Source of the DNA: Octopus sinensis
Lineage: Eukaryota
Reading direction: 5' to 3'
DNA: 64,000 bases
Assembly (NCBI RefSeq): GCF_006345805.1
Contig: NC_043003.1
Location: forward strand, 82,274,001-82,338,000
Shown: positions 26,468 through 39,983 of the stretch, piece by piece
Layout: every line of letters starts with the position of its first letter
Numbering within the stretch: position 1 is the first letter of the stretch
Translations under genes and position numbers: made by a program
The notes under the pieces: model-generated
What the model was told of the DNA's origin: nothing
The model's input: only the letters and a program-made list of their open reading frames with translations
Database searches by the model: none

Positions 26468-27887
26468 CATGTGTGTTTATAGATACAAATATACATATAT
26501 ATACACACACATATATATATTATATATATAATTATATATATATATATATATATATAAAGTATATATGAATATATATCCAAGATGATAAGGGACAGAAAAA
26601 ACATATTTCATAGGTAAACAATTAACTTGTAAAACGCACAATGTCCGTTTAGTTAACCCTCTAGTCCGATTACCTATTATTTGTTTACATTGTTGCCACG
26701 TGACGAGTAAATGATTCGACAATTCAGCCATATTATAAATGGCAATTTGAAATAACTCATCAGTGAGATCAATTGTTAGTACCCATAAAAGGAGAAAGGG
26801 TGGGTATGTTTACAGATGTCATATATTTTCTGAAAGAGAAAAAAGTTAGGTAGGGAGCAAAGAAGCTGAAGATGACAAAAGGGAATGAGAAGTCTCGAGG
26901 TAGAGCAATAAAAATCCTTAACTTTGGCGTCGTGGAAGTAGTTGAAGGTATACAAAAGTCAATGATCATTAAGCTACACGATATTGCAACACGGCTACGA
27001 TAGGTAATTCATGGTAACATTCTGAACACAGAAGTAATAAATTGCCCGCATAGAACAGTCACGGGAAAAATATATAGACTTAAAAATACTAAGCCCTGGG
27101 TTCGATAAATTCGACTATAAATTCTTTAACGCGGTGCTCCATGACTGAAACATGTAAAAGATAATGAAATATAAAATATATTTGAAGGAAAGTTTCTATC
27201 TTAGGAATTATGCTTTGTGATTGTACATCTAGGATTGGATTTCACTATGGGGCCAGTTTAACAAATATTGTTTCTATAGCTTAGGATCGACCGGAGTTAT
27301 TTGAGTGAAACTGGATAAATATCTTCACTGTAGTAATTCGTCGACTGGACTGAACTTGTACTTTCAACTGTCCATCCTTGTGTCCATTCGATGTCCATCC
27401 AAATGTTCATTCAAATGACCATCGCTATGGCACAGCGATCCCATTTGAGAACTACTTCAGCTCTTTACGTTTATATGTATTATGCTCAGGCACTTGGAAA
27501 GGCGTATTCATTGCTTTGTAAGTTCACTTGTTCGAAACCGACAGACCAATCTGTTATAATACACATACTAACATACACACACACACACACACTTGCAGAA
27601 ACACATTATATATATATATATATATATAGTAAGTTATATATAGTAAAATAAGGATTCAGATAGAATCAGTACTTGAAAAGATATGACAATTAGCCATCGT
27701 ATTTTATTGTTCATTTGATTATATGTGTGTATGTCTGTGTATGTCTGTAACATACGCACACTTACAGACATATGTATGTAGGTATTTATGTATACAGATA
27801 ATTATCTAGCTTTAGAAATATAGTTTTAAGTTGTGCCTTGACTAAAAACGGTGCCTCTATAGAAAGGTTGGAAATGAGAGTAGATAT

Positions 27888-27960
<73 letters not shown>
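27888..27960. repeat. (TAG)n microsatellite
   Basis: Direct reading. Confidence 0.95.
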
Positions 27961-28342
27961 TGATGGGAAAGCAATCCTGCAGGGAAATAGCTAAAAATTA
28001 AGTAGTTCAGTGAATGCGGACAAAAGTCGCGGGCTATACTAAACTATAATGAATCAATGAATAGAGAATTTTTTAATATAGTGTAATTTGACTTCGAATC
28101 AAACTTTAGAAGGTAAGTTGTGCTATGAGTAACACAGAAAAAAAAACTGTTACATTGCATAACATCACAGAAAAGGATACGAAAGATGCAATCTAACTAG
28201 AAGTGTTTAAACTGAAATAGAGCATTTAAAAAAAATTAAGCAGGAAAGATCTCTTTCTCCCTCTCTTCTTCTCGTTCTCTCTATATACATAAATAAATGT
28301 ATGCATACATATATACATACATACATACACACTCACACACGC

Positions 28343-28375
<33 letters not shown>

Positions 28376-28444
28376 ATATATAATTTTGTTCTTTGACATG
28401 TTTCAGCCCTAAGGTTATGGTCATGTTGGAGGACCTCACTGTAC

Positions 28445-28692
28445 TGGTCCCTTTAATGCCCAATTCTATGCGATTGGCTTTTGGTGAAGGAGTTCAACAT
28501 TGTTGCCCTCTTTTGAGTCTCCTTCCTTGATAGTCATTCACCTGTGACCATGGATAGCAGGAGGTCAAGTTGTTTTTTGAAAACATGTATCCCTACTCCA
28601 TGAAGATTCATCAGCTGTTTTGGCAAGGCGTGAAATAGCTGTGGCCTCTTGAATTCCAAGTTATTGCAGTACGTGGTCGTCAGAGAGAAAGC
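28445..28692 (-). mobile_element. 3' end of a CR1/L2-group LINE
   Basis: TTYCNNLEFKRPQLFHALPKQLMNLHGVGIHVFKKQLDLLLSMVTGE matches the C-terminal GP.LFN.LP...FK..LD..L..VPDEP pattern. Confidence 0.8.
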
Positions 28693-28995
28693 GTTTGTGT
28701 TATGGACTTCGTTGGCTCGCAGCTTGTCATCTCATTTTCTATTATACTCGTCAAACACTTCTATATACTCGTCAAACTCATCGTTCTGAAACATTACTAT
28801 ATTATGTTCTACACCAAGTTATTAGTTTCGCAAAGCCTAAACGAAATATTAAAACACACACACAAACACTCACACACATAAACACACACAGAGACACACA
28901 CACATACGTGTACATATTGTTATTTATTTTCTATAAATATATGTGTGTGTGCGTATGCATACCAACCTAGAACACACCCGCACACACAAACACGC

Positions 28996-29036
<41 letters not shown>

Positions 29037-29516
29037 TTTATCTAAAAATATATATAAGTAGAAATTTATGTGCGTATACACACACGTACACAGACGTATA
29101 TGTGCGTAAACACACACGTACACACACACACACACACACACACCACACACACACACACACACACGCACGCACGCACACAAATACTCACACACATGTGCGG
29201 AAATTACGTGAAATACATGTTTATATTATTAGTTCTTCCGATCTTTCCTCCCCTATGGTTACTGGGTTACTTACATTGGGCGTTCTGCAGGCATTTGAAA
29301 CCTTTCAAGCAACCACCATGGGGAAATGTACGTAAGAACAAGTAATATAAAAGTGTATGAGTCGTAATTTTTACAACATTTAATCTGCATTTCATAAATA
29401 CAAGAAGTAAACTGCACTACTTAAATCTACATGGAGCTCGAACTTAGCAGCGGTCCTAATATCTTCGTACCTAAAATATACACTAAACATATATATATAT
29501 ATATAATATATAATAT

Positions 29517-29547
<31 letters not shown>

Positions 29548-29650
29548 ATACATACGTACATATATATATTGCAACTAAATGTATATGATAAAATATACAT
29601 AACTATCAATATATATACAAACATAAATATATAAATATATATATATATAT

Positions 29651-29688
<38 letters not shown>

Positions 29689-29787
29689 ATATAGATGTGT
29701 GGTGTGTGTGCTGTGTATGAACCCTTATTCGCAAAAATCACCGAACCTGGAACTTAACTATGGTATGTCTATAGAATTTATTCAGTA

Positions 29788-30180
29788 CTAGCAGTATCGC
29801 CCGGCGTTGCTCGGGTTTGTAAGAGAAATAACTATATAAGCATTTTCAGAGATGTAAAGTATAATAGCCATCTCAATATGGCTAACCACAAAGAGGGGTG
29901 TTACTGTAGCTTTTTACGTTCTGAGATTTAATAATACATTTTTAGAGAGTTACTTCCCTTTATATGCCAAAAATGCATTAAAAATGGGAAAAAATTATGG
30001 TAATTTTGTTTTCAATCGTAGACTCATCGTAGATGCGCGCTAGTACCCAGAAGGGCTCGATAGGAATCACGACTATAAGATACCCGGTTTTGGTTAAACT
30101 GCATCGCAAAATGTGGGAGTAGTTAGGAATCTAAATCGTAGGAGACAGACACCACACAACCTCACTTTTATATATATAGA
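29788..30180 (-). mobile_element. Non-autonomous Helitron
   Basis: Minus strand starts TC(TATATATATAAAAG), ends with a GC-rich hairpin CCCGAGCAACGCCGGG followed by ...CTGCTAG, and is inserted between A and T with no TSD. Confidence 0.85.
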
Positions 30181-30210
30181 TTATCTGACACCATTTCCTT
30201 TTATATATAT

Positions 30211-30211
<1 letters not shown>

Positions 30212-30308
<97 letters not shown>
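30212..30308. repeat. (GATA)n microsatellite
   Basis: Direct reading; similar arrays near 31128-31240, 51260-51330 and 62905-62957. Confidence 0.95.
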
Positions 30309-30309
<1 letters not shown>

Positions 30310-30720
30310 TAATGATGTAAGAAGTAAAGTAGCAGCTGCAATAGTAAGGTGTCCACAACGGTTCGAATTGAATTTCAGGGATTTGAGGTATAATAATATT
30401 TCCGCTCTCGATTTATTTCTTATTAAGTATTGGCAGCAAAATCGAAGTGGCAGGCGGGAATGAAAAGTTGCATGCAGTATTAAATATTGGATTTTGTGTA
30501 GCTTTTGTATATTAATTATCCCTTTTATTATGCTATTATTCTTTGGTTGCGGTTGGACAAATCACACGATGAGGACTTTAAGAAATTAATCATATGATAT
30601 TAAACAAAATTTAATAAACTATTGTGTAAAGTCAATGTATTGTAATATAATATAATTTTATGTATTATCATGTCTACAGGCATTAACATATATTAACATC
30701 ACAAACACACACACACACGC

Positions 30721-30771
<51 letters not shown>

Positions 30772-31187
30772 CTCTTCCACGTATAAGCGAGCATATGAGA
30801 GCGAGAAACTAAAAGTATAAACGATAGTGTGCATGACTGAATAGTGTAGACACAGTGATGCCCAATATTGTCGATGTTTAGTTTATTGCAACAGTATCTG
30901 CTTTGAGTCCATGTGTAAGACACCATGTTTCGCCCATGCAAAAAGTGGTTAATCACAAATCAATTAAGATAAAGAAATTTATGATGCAGGTAGTGGACTA
31001 AATAAACCATAACTAGTATTTCTGCACTTGAGCGTGAGCTGTTGATGAATGTGATATTTACGAGTATACATACGTTCACATATACATACGCACACGTCCG
31101 AATGCAGACACGCATATAGGTATAGCTGTCTATCTATCTCTCTTCTTATCTATCTATCTATCTATCTATCTAACTATCTATCTATCT

Positions 31188-31230
<43 letters not shown>

Positions 31231-31530
31231 CTCTATCCATCTGTCTGTCTGTCATTGTATCTATCTACCTATATAAATTTATATAAATAAGGATAAGTTC
31301 GTTATATAAAATAACGATCTTATCACGTGGCCAGCATGGGAATAAAAACCTCAAAGGTAATGATTGTAATTATAACTATAATTATAATTAAGGATATCTA
31401 AGATATACTAACCATGCTAGATATAGCAGCCAAAACTTGACTCTCCAACCACATTAAATATCTACCTATATATAGTCATTACAGTTATAGGGGGAAATAT
31501 AATTACAGATATATGGTTTCAAAAAAACCC

Positions 31531-31564
<34 letters not shown>

Positions 31565-31609
31565 GATATAGATATAGATACAGATACACACACACACGCA
31601 CACACATAT

Positions 31610-31651
<42 letters not shown>

Positions 31652-32310
31652 TATACAGAGAGGAGGGATGGGAGAGAGAGAACAAATTAATATTCATATA
31701 TTCGCATGCATATATAAAGATGTATATTTCTATGGGTCAGAGAGCAAACGAGGGGACGCTTAAAAGTGCAATAAACTACTTCTTAATCAATACGTGGAGC
31801 TTTATTATCTGAATGGAGTTCAAAGTACTTTAGCCCCTTTAAGTATACAAAAATAAAATATATTTTGGATAGTAAGATTTAGACGCTTCATAGATTTTAA
31901 TTAATCTCGTTCGGATCAAACAAGATGTATGTGTGCTATGAGCTATGTATTTTAGAACAGATTGGGTTGGGAGAACTGGAGAAAAGAAAGGGATAGAGTG
32001 GTAAAGTGGAAAGTATAGAGAATCGATTTCCGCATTAGCCCCATATCGCACGTTCCACTTCCTTGTCTTCCATTTTCACTTCCCACTCTCCTATTATAGA
32101 CATACATCAAGTTCCATTTCATATTTCATGTCTTAACGTCGAATCGAAAACGACTGTTGCATACCTGTATATGTGTTGTATGTGTATGTATATGCGTATG
32201 TATGTGTGTATGTTTGTTATGTATATATATATATAATATATATATATAATTATATATATATAATATATATATATATATACCTACATTCACACATACATAG
32301 ACATGCATCC

Positions 32311-32358
<48 letters not shown>

Positions 32359-32450
32359 TATACGTACATACATGCATGACACACCACACCCACACACATA
32401 TACGCACATATATATCTATACTTTTATTATGTAAATAAATAAATAAATAA

Positions 32451-32491
<41 letters not shown>

Positions 32492-34015
32492 ATCTTTGAT
32501 TTCCTACATACTCTGTGAAATTAGAATGAACATTTTACAAAACTTATGCTTAAAGATAATTGAAACATCTTCAGGAATAAGCGCATACAAATATACACAT
32601 TGCAATATACCACATGCGTAAAGCAGAACTATTTACGAGCTGTAATTGATGAAAAATGTTATATCATTCATGTTGCATGCTTGTGTATAGGATATGCCTT
32701 CCGTTAATGATAATGTCAAAATTGTGTGTGTGTGTGTGTGTGTGTGCGTGTGTGTGCAAAATTAACACAGCTGCAAAATTAACATAGAACTGTTACTTAG
32801 AGTTTCACATTCCCGTTCGGCGGATAGTTGTAGTGAATACTGAATTTTAGTCATGATCACAATTGTCCAAGAAACGGGAGTTATGTATCACGATGTATAT
32901 TTGAAAGGAGCTGCTAATTGTTTACTCGACTTTCAAGTAATTGACATCTAATCTTTCTCACAATACATTTTTGTTTTCTTTGAGGAAGAAGTACTCGAGA
33001 ACATACTGAAAAACATAAATTAGGGTTAGTAACAGCTACGATACCTATAATCAGACGCTCGCTAGAGCTGGCACAGAAGTTAAGCAGCATCAATTACGTA
33101 AACCATATTATGTATATGTATAACACGCATGTTTGGGCTCTTGCACAAGGAACTTCGTCGCTATTGCATTGTTTATTGTCAGCGATGTTTTGCATGAATA
33201 GAATTAAGAGCACACATTTTCTTTCCGCTACTTTCGATTATTGGCATACATCATATAAACACATAGGTTTCAATCAGTCGCTAGATCAAATAACCTTTTA
33301 TGCTACTCGGAATATATATACAAAATATATTCTACAATTACGGCTCAATAGTGGTGAATATTAATGTTCCCTCTAACAATTCTCAAATGTGTCATTATAC
33401 TTGTTTCGCCATTTTGAACGCTTTATCATATTTTCAATATTGTTGGAAGTTTCCACTTCGAATCAAACAGATTCAATTTATTTCTTTGCATTCTCCAACT
33501 CTTGTTTCTTGGTTAAAATCGTTTGTGCTTTATGTTACGGAACGGATAGATACAGATTTTGCTGCAGATGAATTTTTAGCACCCATGGCTTATTGCGATT
33601 TTCCCTTCGTATATACTGTTTGCTAAATGAATATTATTTCTTACACAGTAATAAATTGAGAAGGAAAATTATATATGGAAAACTATTTGTAATATCCGCG
33701 TTTGCTCCTGACGTTCAAACAGGTTAAATCAAATCACAGTGTGTTTTAGAAAAGAAGTAATTTGTTATTATACGGACAGGAGCCTCAGAGCACAGAAAAT
33801 TTGGTACAAAAATATATAGCGAAAATTGTCTTGTTCGACATACAGAAGATATTTGATAGTAAAAGAACAGCGAGTACAGATTATCGCTAACTAATTAAGA
33901 ATAAAATCAGTCAGTAATAATTTCAAAATAATTTTTTCTCCGCCTAAAATTGTAAAAACTTTCATTTATATTTTCCTCTTAATCATTATGCTTCACGCAT
34001 GACAAACACACCGGC

Positions 34016-34077
<62 letters not shown>

Positions 34078-34533
34078 GTACATGGATATATATTTATATA
34101 CTTATATCCATATATAAACGAAATGTTAGCAGCCTCGAACTTTAGAAATAACAATCTTTAAACGACGAGGGTTATAATTATATATTTTGTGGAACACATA
34201 ATACAAATAGGGCATACAGACATTTAAAATAAAAATAAGGTTTTTTTATGGTTTCTGCGAAATATATGCGTATAAGAATATATATATATATATATAGTAT
34301 TATATATATATATATATCGTTCGTTTATTTACCGTACACTTATATATATACATATTTGTGTGTGCGTGTGTGTGTATACATATATTATCTATCCATCAGT
34401 TTATCATGAGTTAAATACGCAAATTACGAGAGAAAAATAGGACAAGTAATACAAAGTACAACGCTTAATCGGTTGTCGGCTGTCTATCTACTCTCCATTT
34501 CGAGCAATCAATATATAGCTATAAACATTTCAC

Positions 34534-34654
34534 TAAAGCTGCAAAATAATCACAGAACTGTTAGGCAGAGTTCCACGCTTCCCTTCCTCGGACTGTCCGA
34601 CGAACGGGTACGCGAAATTTTGAGTAAGAGTTTTGCGATAATTTTGTAGCTTTA
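34534..34654. repeat. Old, diverged head-to-head palindrome of two hammerhead copies (family of 31-68)
   Basis: Apex TCGGAC-T-GTCCGA at 34594; outer arms TAAAGCTGCAAAAT / ATTTTGTAGCTTTA; the right arm keeps CTGT-CCGACGA-ACGGGTACGC-GAAA..GAGTA. Confidence 0.7.
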
Positions 34655-35047
34655 ATAAAAAGCATTTTACTCTACCCCGGGTATTCGCATACTATTTTTT
34701 CCACCTAGATTTGCTCTTATGTGCTCATCTGTGTATGTATATATATATAATATATATATATATATATACATACATGCACACAACACGCGCACACGCACAT
34801 ACACACCCACACATTATACATATTATATATATATATATAAACAAGAGGGGGTAGTAATATTATTTACTACCAGGTGCCCAGCACAAAGACGATTAGTCAT
34901 AAGACAAAAAATTATTCATATAGAAAAATATTATTCATGTAGTTATACAATTAAGGGCTCCTAAATAAAGATGCCGAGTGCTGGGAACACAAAATGGGGA
35001 TGAATTATCGAGAGTGAAAATCAAAAACGTTTACCGATAACTTTAAC

Positions 35048-35121
35048 AACTCGTACCGCGGTTTCTGCTTCTTTCTAGCAAAAACGAATATGTTTGCTAA
35101 GGCCAGCTTCATCAGCGAGTC
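35048..35121 (-). ncRNA. Type I hammerhead ribozyme, copy 1
   Basis: GACTCG-CTGATGA-aGCT...(TAGCAAA/TTTGCTA hairpin)...AGCa-GAAAC-CGCG-GTA-CGAGTT; predicted cut between 35054 and 35053. Confidence 0.85.
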
Positions 35122-35487
35122 GCCTGAATTTAATCGAGGTGTGCAGCGATGTGGGACTATGTGTTAAATCCGACTACTAGCAGATCCTAACTTTTCAAAT
35201 CTCTGCGCAGACGCAAAATTTACACGGGCATGCCGGGAATAATTTTACGAATAAATTCATCATGTAGTATGCGAATATAAACAAGAGGGGTAGTAATATT
35301 ATTTACTACCAGGTGCCCGCACAAAAGACGAATTAGTCATAAGACAAAATATTATTCATATAGAAAAATATATTCATGTAGTTATACAATTAAGGGCTCC
35401 TAAATAAAGATGCCGAGTGCTGGGAACACAAAAAGGGGATGAATTTATCGAGAGTGAAAATCAAAAACGTTTACCGATAACTTTAAC

Positions 35488-35562
35488 AACTCGTACGCGG
35501 TTTCTGCTTCTTTCTAGCAAAACACAGAATAGGTTTGCTAAGGCCAGCTTCATCAGCGAGTC
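35488..35562 (-). ncRNA. Type I hammerhead ribozyme, copy 2
   Basis: Same fold with GAAAC-CGC-GTA; predicted cut between 35494 and 35493. Confidence 0.8.
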
Positions 35563-35677
35563 GCCTGAAGAAAGAAGCAGAAGAAACCGCGGTACGAGTT
35601 GTTAAGTTATAGGTTAAACGTTTTTGATTTTCACTCTCGATAAATTCATCCCCTTTTTTGTTACCCAGCACTCGGCA

Positions 35678-35726
<49 letters not shown>

Positions 35727-35733
35727 TATATAT

Positions 35734-35765
<32 letters not shown>

Positions 35766-36193
35766 AATAGATAGATAGATAGACAGATTGATAGATAGAT
35801 AGAGATAGATAGATAGATGATAGACAGACAGACATATTTATTTATTTGTTTATATATGACATGTGCGTGTGTATATTTGTGTGTGTACTTGCGTCCATAT
35901 TTGTAAAACATTTTGGCATGCAAATATGTCAGTTTCACTTATCTCTGCAGATTGAAAATATGAAATATCTTAATCGACTTGCAGCCCTTAGGCTTGTCTC
36001 TTAGAAGTGTGTATGTCACTTGACCAAGCTCAGAGAGTCAAAGAGCAATTTTGTGCTTATACACTCCAAATCCAAGAGTTTTGCATATGCAAATCCAATT
36101 TGCATATCAGTAACGTCTGATACTTTAATATCAGTGGCAGTATACACACACATATAGCTACACACGTACATGTATACCTATGTATATACATGC

Positions 36194-36224
<31 letters not shown>

Positions 36225-36378
36225 ATCTATAATATATAATATATATATATATATGATATATATATAGATGATAGATAGATATATATATGTTCACACACAT
36301 GCACACTCGGACAGTGGGAAAGGTGAAAGCTGGATAGATAGATAGACATATGCACACACAAACATTCACCCCACATAC

Positions 36379-36419
<41 letters not shown>

Positions 36420-36447
36420 TATATATACACATATATATTTATAGATG

Positions 36448-36484
<37 letters not shown>

Positions 36485-37531
36485 CTCTACATGTTATACA
36501 TGTATTCATACGTACATTTTATACATGCATACATGTATACGCACATGTACACAGTAGTATATAACAGATATCTGGTATTCATGAAAGCGAAAGTTGATTA
36601 ATTCTACTCCGAGTTTGGATGCTACTAAAGTATAAAGATTTCACTATGTACGGATACGATAATATTAAATATGTTGAATGAAACTAGCCCCAAGTATTTC
36701 AAATTGACTGAAGAGAAACAATATATATTATCAATTATAGATTTTTATGAGGATATTTTGTTTTAAGAAGTTATAATTTTGTACGTGAATTGCCGAGTGA
36801 CGTTGCCACTGTTGAACTTGCACATATACAGTGTATTTTCAACGTATATTTCAGCACTCATAATTAAATTACTATTAAATAATTTACAGTTACGTAAAGT
36901 CTATAGATAACATATTCTAAATTTCAAGAGAAATCATAAAGCTAATTTTGCTATTAATTGAATTGAACAAGTATTGCACATCATTTGACGCACCACTTAA
37001 AAATGCAAGAATATCGAATATGAAATCAAAAACCAGAAATTCGCACTCTTCTATCCAGTACACATTCGTATTTGCATATCAATGTAGACTGGGCGATTTG
37101 ATTAGAGTATTCGGTAAACATTGTTTTCAATAAAAAGTAGTAGAGCTCTGCAACGTTTATGCTTTGTGAACGTTTCAATTTCAAGTTTGCATTAGAAATG
37201 AGATGCCCATTAGACACATTTCGTATATACTTCTTAAAAGATTCGTAAGCGGATCCGTTATTAAATATCATATGCATACGCACATACATTCCCTCCCCCT
37301 CGTGCAAACACAAAGAAACACTATTCCATGCTTGTGTGTATATGTACATTTATGTCTGCAAATATGGAGTCGGAGAGTGTATATCTAAAAGCGAATGCGT
37401 TTATATATGTGTGAATACACACAGACACATACACACATATGTATGTATTTATATGTACGTTATGTATGTGATATATATATATATTATATATAGTATATAT
37501 CTATGTATATTTATATAAACACATCTATATA

Positions 37532-37571
<40 letters not shown>

Positions 37572-37601
37572 TATATTTACACATATACATGCATACGTAT
37601 G

Positions 37602-37634
<33 letters not shown>

Positions 37635-37684
37635 GCTTATATATATACCTGTATGTATATGTCCTTATGTATACATATATATGC

Positions 37685-37731
<47 letters not shown>

Positions 37732-38912
37732 TAATGCATATATATATATATATACATACACGCACATACATACACACACAAACACATATATATACACACA
37801 TACGCACACACGCGTGCGCCCACACACACACACACACACACATTCACACACACATATATTAAAACATATATGTTTAATTTTTTCTTTATGTGTCCGTTGA
37901 GGTATGAGTGTATCTGTAATACGGGGTAAAATTTATCTTGTATTTACAGAATTATATTCCACCAAATATGTATTATTCTTGCACCTCTAATATGTATCAG
38001 TTGCTATTTTCGAAACATACATTTGTTTTGTATTTAACGTTTTCTCTGTTGAAATCTATACAAGTCTAATGAGCTGTAAACAAATTGTCTTTTCTTTTCA
38101 TTATTTTTAGATTTTTCAGACGCTTATAAATTTTACATAACGTTGCTTTGTACCTCATTTTCTAAACTTCGATGTTCTTGCTTTATTCTTTTCTTTTATA
38201 CATCGTTGCTTGTCTTGAGCTTTGTTAAATAACTTTCCATTTTGGCAGCTACAGCATATTATATCTCTGTATATAATGTATTTTAATTCAAAATCGTTCT
38301 TTATTTATTTATTTATTTATTTCATAAATATCAGTGTAAAATATTTTTAGCATAGTATAATCAGTATTTAATTTTTTTTTTTTAACTAATTACTGTCACT
38401 TTTTTATGTTAAATACATTTCAAAACTGAAATGTTTTAAAAGCTCTCGGTGGCAATGTTCAGCTTTACAGGAGACCATGTGTAAAAATGCATTAAATATG
38501 ATTTTTACATATGTTAATAAAGATAAGGTTAAACTAAATGCTTCTTAAAATATATTCTTTCGGCGTTAATTATCATTTTTAAGGAAGAGTAATCGTTCTT
38601 TAAACAAAACGGGGAATTATCTTATGTAGACAAACCAACAATAAAAAACTAAATCGTTTACGTGGTTGATACAAAATGTTCCCCGAATTTGGAAACGCAT
38701 AAATTTGTTTAGCTATATATATATGATCTGTCCTCTATCGTAATTAAAATCACTTTTTTTCCTGGCTGAATTTTCATTTGTACAGCTAAACTGTGGCTGT
38801 TGTCATTGAACAGGCTTTCACTGTTAGCTATTAACAATAATGCACTTTTAACCAGGAGTAAGTGACTGAAACAGCTACATCATTTATTCAATTAACAAAT
38901 CATTGTTATTCT

Positions 38913-38989
<77 letters not shown>

Positions 38990-39951
38990 ATATATATATA
39001 TTATATATATATATATCATTATTCCAATCACTAACAGCTGTGTTTCCCCAACAATTTAATAACATGTCATTTTGTTTGTTTAAGAATTAAACAATGCTAC
39101 TTTAAACCATTGCTATATTTTCTTAAAGGACTATAATATTCAGAGTTGCTCTAAAATCTAAGATTTCGAATGGAAGTCGTTTTTCTAAAGTAATGTTTAA
39201 TAATTAGATACGGAAATATATTCAAAAGATTAAGATCTCGAAATTATCGAAATCGTAGATTGAATTTATCAAATATGGATAAGTATTAATGTTGATTTTG
39301 CTTAATGCTAATTCTAGTTACAGAACAGTGTGGTCGATTGAAGCATATTTAACCAACGAGTTCATGACAAGAAAAAAATCCATCTGGCCTACAGTCTTAA
39401 AACCATAGCACAATTATCCAGGACTTTTTGTGATGATTACATAAATCAATTAGACCATCGATTCTATATCAGTGGTAATTCATAAAAATTACAAACGCAA
39501 TTAGTAGTTTATAAATATTATGAAATGAATATATAATACCCAATAAATAACAGAAATATAATTATCAGATTATGTTATATTTCAGTGATATATGATTAAG
39601 CCCATTGAATTGTAAATAATTTTCTATAAAACGTCAATATCTAAAAATACAAAATATAAATGATCACTACTGTATATATGTACACTGTATATATATATGT
39701 AAAATATCACTACTATATGCCTGTATATTATATACATGTAGATTTTATACGTGTAGACTGTATACATATATATATATATTCATTCAAAGTACATGATTTC
39801 CCTCTAAACAACACTTACAACTCACTTATATGTCTTCGTTTAATTAGTTCAAAAGTTTTAATTATGTGTTTGCATATTGTATATATGTATGTATATATAT
39901 GTGTGTGTATGTGCGTATATATGTATATTTGTATATGTGTATATATGTATG

Positions 39952-39983
<32 letters not shown>

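Larger units (their letters stand above)
34839..35681 (-). mobile_element. Retrozyme-like / PLE-pLTR-like element: about 1.65 tandem copies of a 440-nt unit plus an inverted terminal fragment
   Basis: 34839-35128 repeats at 35279-35568 (period 440); 35569-35680 is the reverse complement of about 35409-35516; (TA)n on both sides; two hammerheads on the minus strand. Confidence 0.85.
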
